Source of the DNA: Acidobacteriota bacterium
Lineage (GTDB): Bacteria > Acidobacteriota > UBA6911
Assembly (NCBI GenBank): GCA_963664705.1
Contig: OY761556.1
Location: forward strand, 5,376,001 to 5,440,000
DNA length: 64,000 bases
Reading direction: 5' to 3'
The notes under the pieces are model-generated. The model was not told the DNA's origin. It did no database searches and was given only the letters and a program-made list of their open reading frames with translations. The position numbers were made by a program, and so were the translations under genes. Numbering within the stretch: the stretch's first letter is position 1; every line of letters starts with the position of its first letter. This document shows positions 59,565-64,000 of the stretch, piece by piece.

Positions 59565-59637
59565 TTCAGTCTCGGGGTCAGGCCCTAATATCGAAAAATT
59601 GAAATCGGGGTAACTGGGATCTGACCCCGGGATTGAA
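59565..59637. repeat. Inverted repeat of GGGGTCAG / CTGACCCC type between convergent genes
   Basis: ttcagtctcggggtcagg ... tctgaccccgggattgaa. Confidence 0.65.
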
Positions 59638-59640
59638 CAT

Positions 59641-60660
59641 TTATCGGGATGTCCTCTGCCTTGGCGATGCATCTCGGCCGAACAGGAGGTACACGCGACT
59701 GGAGGTAAGCAGGCAGAACACGCCCAACGACGCTCCCGCAATTAAGTCTACGACATAGTGATAACGCAAATAAACGGTACCGATGATCAGAAGGATCCCT
59801 ATACCCAGCATGTATCGGCGCACATGGAGTCTGTAGCGGTAAGCCAAAGCTACAGCAACAATTGTCAGCATGGTGTGCCCGCTCGGGAACACATCTCTCT
59901 GTGCGACCGCCAGCGCTGCACTGCTTGACATTCCCCCGTGAATGGACTCGAAAATATTGACGAACCATCGTAAAGCGGGTGTTACCAATAGTCCGGGCAG
60001 GTCGTTATCAATGTTTGCGAAATCGTGCAACGTAAAGCGCGGACCGACCGACGGAAGAGCGAAATATCCGACATAAGACAAAAGGAACCCATAGACAATC
60101 GAGAACCGAAAGAATCTGAACCCGGAGGCATCCCGGTTTCTGTATAACTCAATGCCGATGATCAGAAAGATTGCGTAAAACAGCGAGTATGCGATCTGCA
60201 GCAGTTCCGTCAAAAATGGCTGCGCAAAGGAAGCCATCCATCGGGTTGGATCTACGCCAAATAGCGCTCGATCAAGCCAGATCAATAGCTGGTCGTAGTC
60301 TCTTCCAGGGTGCATTGGACGCACAAGGTAATAGATCTGCTTAAACGTGAAAATCACGAGGGGGAAAGCCGACCAGTCGTGCACGCATCGCAGGATCCTG
60401 GAATTGCTGGATTGGTCGGCACGGGCAATTCCCCACAATACAAAGAAGATCACAGCGTTGGCAACGGGCATCCACCACCATTGCGGGAGCCGCGCATGCA
60501 ACAAAACACTGAGGGCCGAAAGAAAAAGCCAGAAGGAAATCAATAGCCGATCTGTCGAATGAAAAGCCGAAAATGCCGTGTTCGTATTGCTTTCTGCAAG
60601 CTTCCGCACGTGATCATCCATGCAATGTGTGAAATGGTTCAATACTGCTGACTGAGCCAC
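59641..60660 (-). CDS. Membrane PAP2-superfamily protein (AUR1/IPC-synthase-like)
   Basis: Multiple TMs, PSVGPRF, FPSGH, YLRYHYVVD; start uncertain (possibly 60621). Confidence 0.85.
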   Translation of the reverse strand: MAQSAVLNHFTHCMDDHVRKLAESNTNTAFSAFHSTDRLLISFWLFLSALSVLLHARLPQWWWMPVANAVIFFVLWGIARADQSSNSRILRCVHDWSAFPLVIFTFKQIYYLVRPMHPGRDYDQLLIWLDRALFGVDPTRWMASFAQPFLTELLQIAYSLFYAIFLIIGIELYRNRDASGFRFFRFSIVYGFLLSYVGYFALPSVGPRFTLHDFANIDNDLPGLLVTPALRWFVNIFESIHGGMSSSAALAVAQRDVFPSGHTMLTIVAVALAYRYRLHVRRYMLGIGILLIIGTVYLRYHYVVDLIAGASLGVFCLLTSSRVYLLFGRDASPRQRTSR

Positions 60661-60677
60661 CTATAATACTATAGGTG
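60658..60677. promoter_or_regulatory. Perfect palindrome overlapping a TATAAT box in a divergent promoter region
   Basis: CACCTATA-ATAC-TATAGGTG. Confidence 0.55.
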
Positions 60678-60734
60678 CGGATGGCCGCGTCAGGTGTCGG
60701 AGCAGAATTTGGTGCCCCTTGGAGAGGCGAACCT

Positions 60735-61382
60735 ATGGATTCCAAACAGATGACCAGGTTTTATGTGGTGAGGCATGGCGAGACGGCTGAGAACCTGAAG
60801 ATGACATATCTTGGGATCCGGGATGTCCCTCTAACAGAGAATGGAAACCGGCAGGCGGGCAATGTGGCAGAAGCACTCTCCCCGCTTCCGCTCAAAGCTA
60901 TTGTCTCCAGTCCCTTCCGACGGGCAGCCGATACAGCCGCCCGGATCCGCGATGCCTGCCGCATTGAAATGCGAACCGACCAAAGGCTTGCGGAAGGATC
61001 GTTTGGGCGATGGGAAGGCCACACCAGGGACGAGGTTTTAGGTCTTGGCAGCGAGGATGCGGAATTGCTGGTTCGTTGGGAATCGGACGCCTCCTGTTCC
61101 CCACCGGGCGGAGAGTCCATTGAACATGTGCAGCGGAGGGTTTTGAGTCTTGTTGATGAGCTGTCTTCTAACTGTGCGGGCAGCTCGATCGTCCTTGTCA
61201 GCCATGTCGGGCCTATTAAAGCGCTGCTTGCGGCGGTCCTGGATATACCGCTCCAGTCCACGCGCCGTATGTTTCTGGATCCGGCGTCCATCACCATCGT
61301 GGAATGGGGGCCTCATCCGTTGCTGCGGCTTTTCAATTCGCATGCTCACCTGGGATGGGTCCACGCCCGCTGGATGACATAG
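60735..61382 (+). CDS. Histidine phosphatase (phosphoglycerate mutase/CobC-like)
   Basis: VRHGET, SSPFRRA, FGRWEG, PPGGES, VSHVG. Confidence 0.9.
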   Translation: MDSKQMTRFYVVRHGETAENLKMTYLGIRDVPLTENGNRQAGNVAEALSPLPLKAIVSSPFRRAADTAARIRDACRIEMRTDQRLAEGSFGRWEGHTRDEVLGLGSEDAELLVRWESDASCSPPGGESIEHVQRRVLSLVDELSSNCAGSSIVLVSHVGPIKALLAAVLDIPLQSTRRMFLDPASITIVEWGPHPLLRLFNSHAHLGWVHARWMT

Positions 61383-61435
61383 TTGATCGGCTATGCTCCA
61401 AGGACTGAAAACGTTGTGGTAGAATCTCGCGCGCT

Positions 61436-62140
61436 ATGCCTAACAAGATTGGCCGTTGGATTTTGAAGCGCACTCTCCAGACCGGTTGCATTCTGCTCTC
61501 TTTTTCGATTTTGCCCGTGCTCGCACTGCGGTGGATGCCTCCCCTGACCACCGGAGTCATGATGCAGCGCCGCGCGGTATCGTTGATCAAGCACCATTCC
61601 TATAGCACCGATTATCGCTGGGTGCCCTGGAAGCAGATCTCGCCTAATGCTGCCCTTGCAGTCATTGCATCTGAAGATCAAAACTTCCCCAGGCATCACG
61701 GGTTTGACTTTAAGTCGATCCAGAAAGCCATTGATGCCCACGATCGTGGGCGTCGACTGCGAGGGGCCTCCACACTCTCCCAGCAGGTGGCCAAGAATGT
61801 CTTCCTGTGGTCCGGCCGAAGTTTTGTCCGCAAAGCGCTTGAGGCCTACTTCACTGTTTTGATTGAGCTTGTATGGCCAAAACGACGAATCCTGGAAGTT
61901 TATTTGAACATTGTTGAATTGGGTGACGGTGTTTTTGGCGTGGAAGCAGCCAGCCAGCGCTATTTCCGAAAATCCGCAGCGTCCCTTTCTTCTGAGGAAG
62001 CTGCCATCCTGGCTGCGGTCCTGCCTAATCCCCTGCGAATGAAGGCCGGCAAACCGTCCGCCTATGTCAGGGAACGAAGCGGCTGGATTATGCAGCAGAT
62101 GGGACAATTGGGCGGCCCTGCCTTCATCAGGCAATTCTAG
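61436..62140 (+). CDS. mtgA: Monofunctional peptidoglycan transglycosylase
   Basis: ASEDQNF, RGASTLSQQVAKNVFLW, RKALE, KRRILEVYLN, LAAVLPNP. Confidence 0.95.
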   Translation: MPNKIGRWILKRTLQTGCILLSFSILPVLALRWMPPLTTGVMMQRRAVSLIKHHSYSTDYRWVPWKQISPNAALAVIASEDQNFPRHHGFDFKSIQKAIDAHDRGRRLRGASTLSQQVAKNVFLWSGRSFVRKALEAYFTVLIELVWPKRRILEVYLNIVELGDGVFGVEAASQRYFRKSAASLSSEEAAILAAVLPNPLRMKAGKPSAYVRERSGWIMQQMGQLGGPAFIRQF

Positions 62141-62156
62141 GTCGGATTAATGATAA

Positions 62157-62230
62157 AGGAGACAGGAGTCAGGAGACAGGAGACAGAAGCTGGAGTCACT
62201 TAACTCCTGACTCCTGTCTCCTGTTTCCTG
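62157..62230. repeat. Heptamer-array palindrome (second copy 62448-62514); probable bidirectional terminator
   Basis: (AGGAG[AT]C)x4 AGAAGCT GGAGTC ACTT AACTCCT GACTCCT GTCTCCT GTTTCCT. Confidence 0.85.
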
Positions 62231-62232
62231 AG

Positions 62233-62412
62233 TTATACCTTTTTATAAATCTCCAAACCATTTTCCACGAACTCCCGCCCTTTTTCCTGAAGGCCTTGCT
62301 TTAGTGCCTGCTCATCCTCGAGCCCCTGACTGGCGGCATAATCGCGCACATCCTGGGTTATTTTCATCGCGCAGAAATGCGGACCGCACATGCTGCAGAA
62401 ATAAGCGGCCTT
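62233..62412 (-). pseudogene. thiC: Duplicated 3' fragment of thiC
   Basis: Encodes [10 protein letters not shown]...EIYKKV, identical in protein to the ThiC C-terminus. Confidence 0.85.
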
Positions 62413-62516
62413 TTTCATCAAGCAATTCTAGGTCGCATTAATGATAAAGGAGACAGGAGTCAGGAGACAGGAGACAGAAGCTGGAGTCACTTAACTCCTG
62501 ACTCCTGTTTCCTGAG

Positions 62517-64000
<1,484 letters not shown>

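Noticed and set aside
62157-62514. CRISPR-like repeats
   Set aside because: Two copies produced by a duplication, with thiC sequence between them; no spacers or cas genes

Overview
A 64-kb stretch of chromosomal backbone from a diderm bacterium, most plausibly Acidobacteriota. That assignment is inferred from gene content, not proven. The centre is the conserved origin-proximal block rpmH-rnpA-yidD-yidC-jag-mnmE-mnmG-rsmG, then two perfect parS sites, parA-parB and a bactofilin. dnaA is absent and an Rrf2-sufBCDSUT operon is divergent from rpmH in its place. The left arm has sdhA/sdhC, an aminotransferase, OmpA, SOD, dusB, tatA/B-tatC, ctpA, an MltD-like transglycosylase, two MacB-type permeases, hisF, a B12-binding radical SAM and an IorAB-type molybdoenzyme. 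The right arm has a MacA adaptor plus ATPase, oppDF, eno, STAS, TPR, a sigma54 two-component pair with a PDZ/multi-TM/GAF/PAS kinase, a beta-barrel protein, an amidohydrolase, OCD-GNAT-DUF2156, dksA, pduO, LysR, PAP2, a histidine phosphatase, mtgA and thiC. I found no phage, IS, CRISPR, rRNA or tRNA. The most notable signals are regulatory or structural. (1) A full sigma54 promoter architecture precedes the PDZ kinase, in a kinase-regulator-TPR order reminiscent of PrsK-PrsR-PrsT. (2) A shared ECF-type promoter (AAC-N17-CGT) links the two halves of a split MacAB-type exporter 25 kb apart, and also dksA. (3) A LysR divergent promoter has no protein target, suggesting an sRNA. (4) A four-way-junction RNA candidate lies upstream of sdhA. 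(5) An uncharacterised ~49-aa helical-repeat protein and a pseudo-zincin are present. (6) Heptamer-array palindromes recur at gene ends. (7) A diverged ~290-bp tandem duplication copies the thiC Fe-S tail. All functional calls come from motif recognition without database searches.
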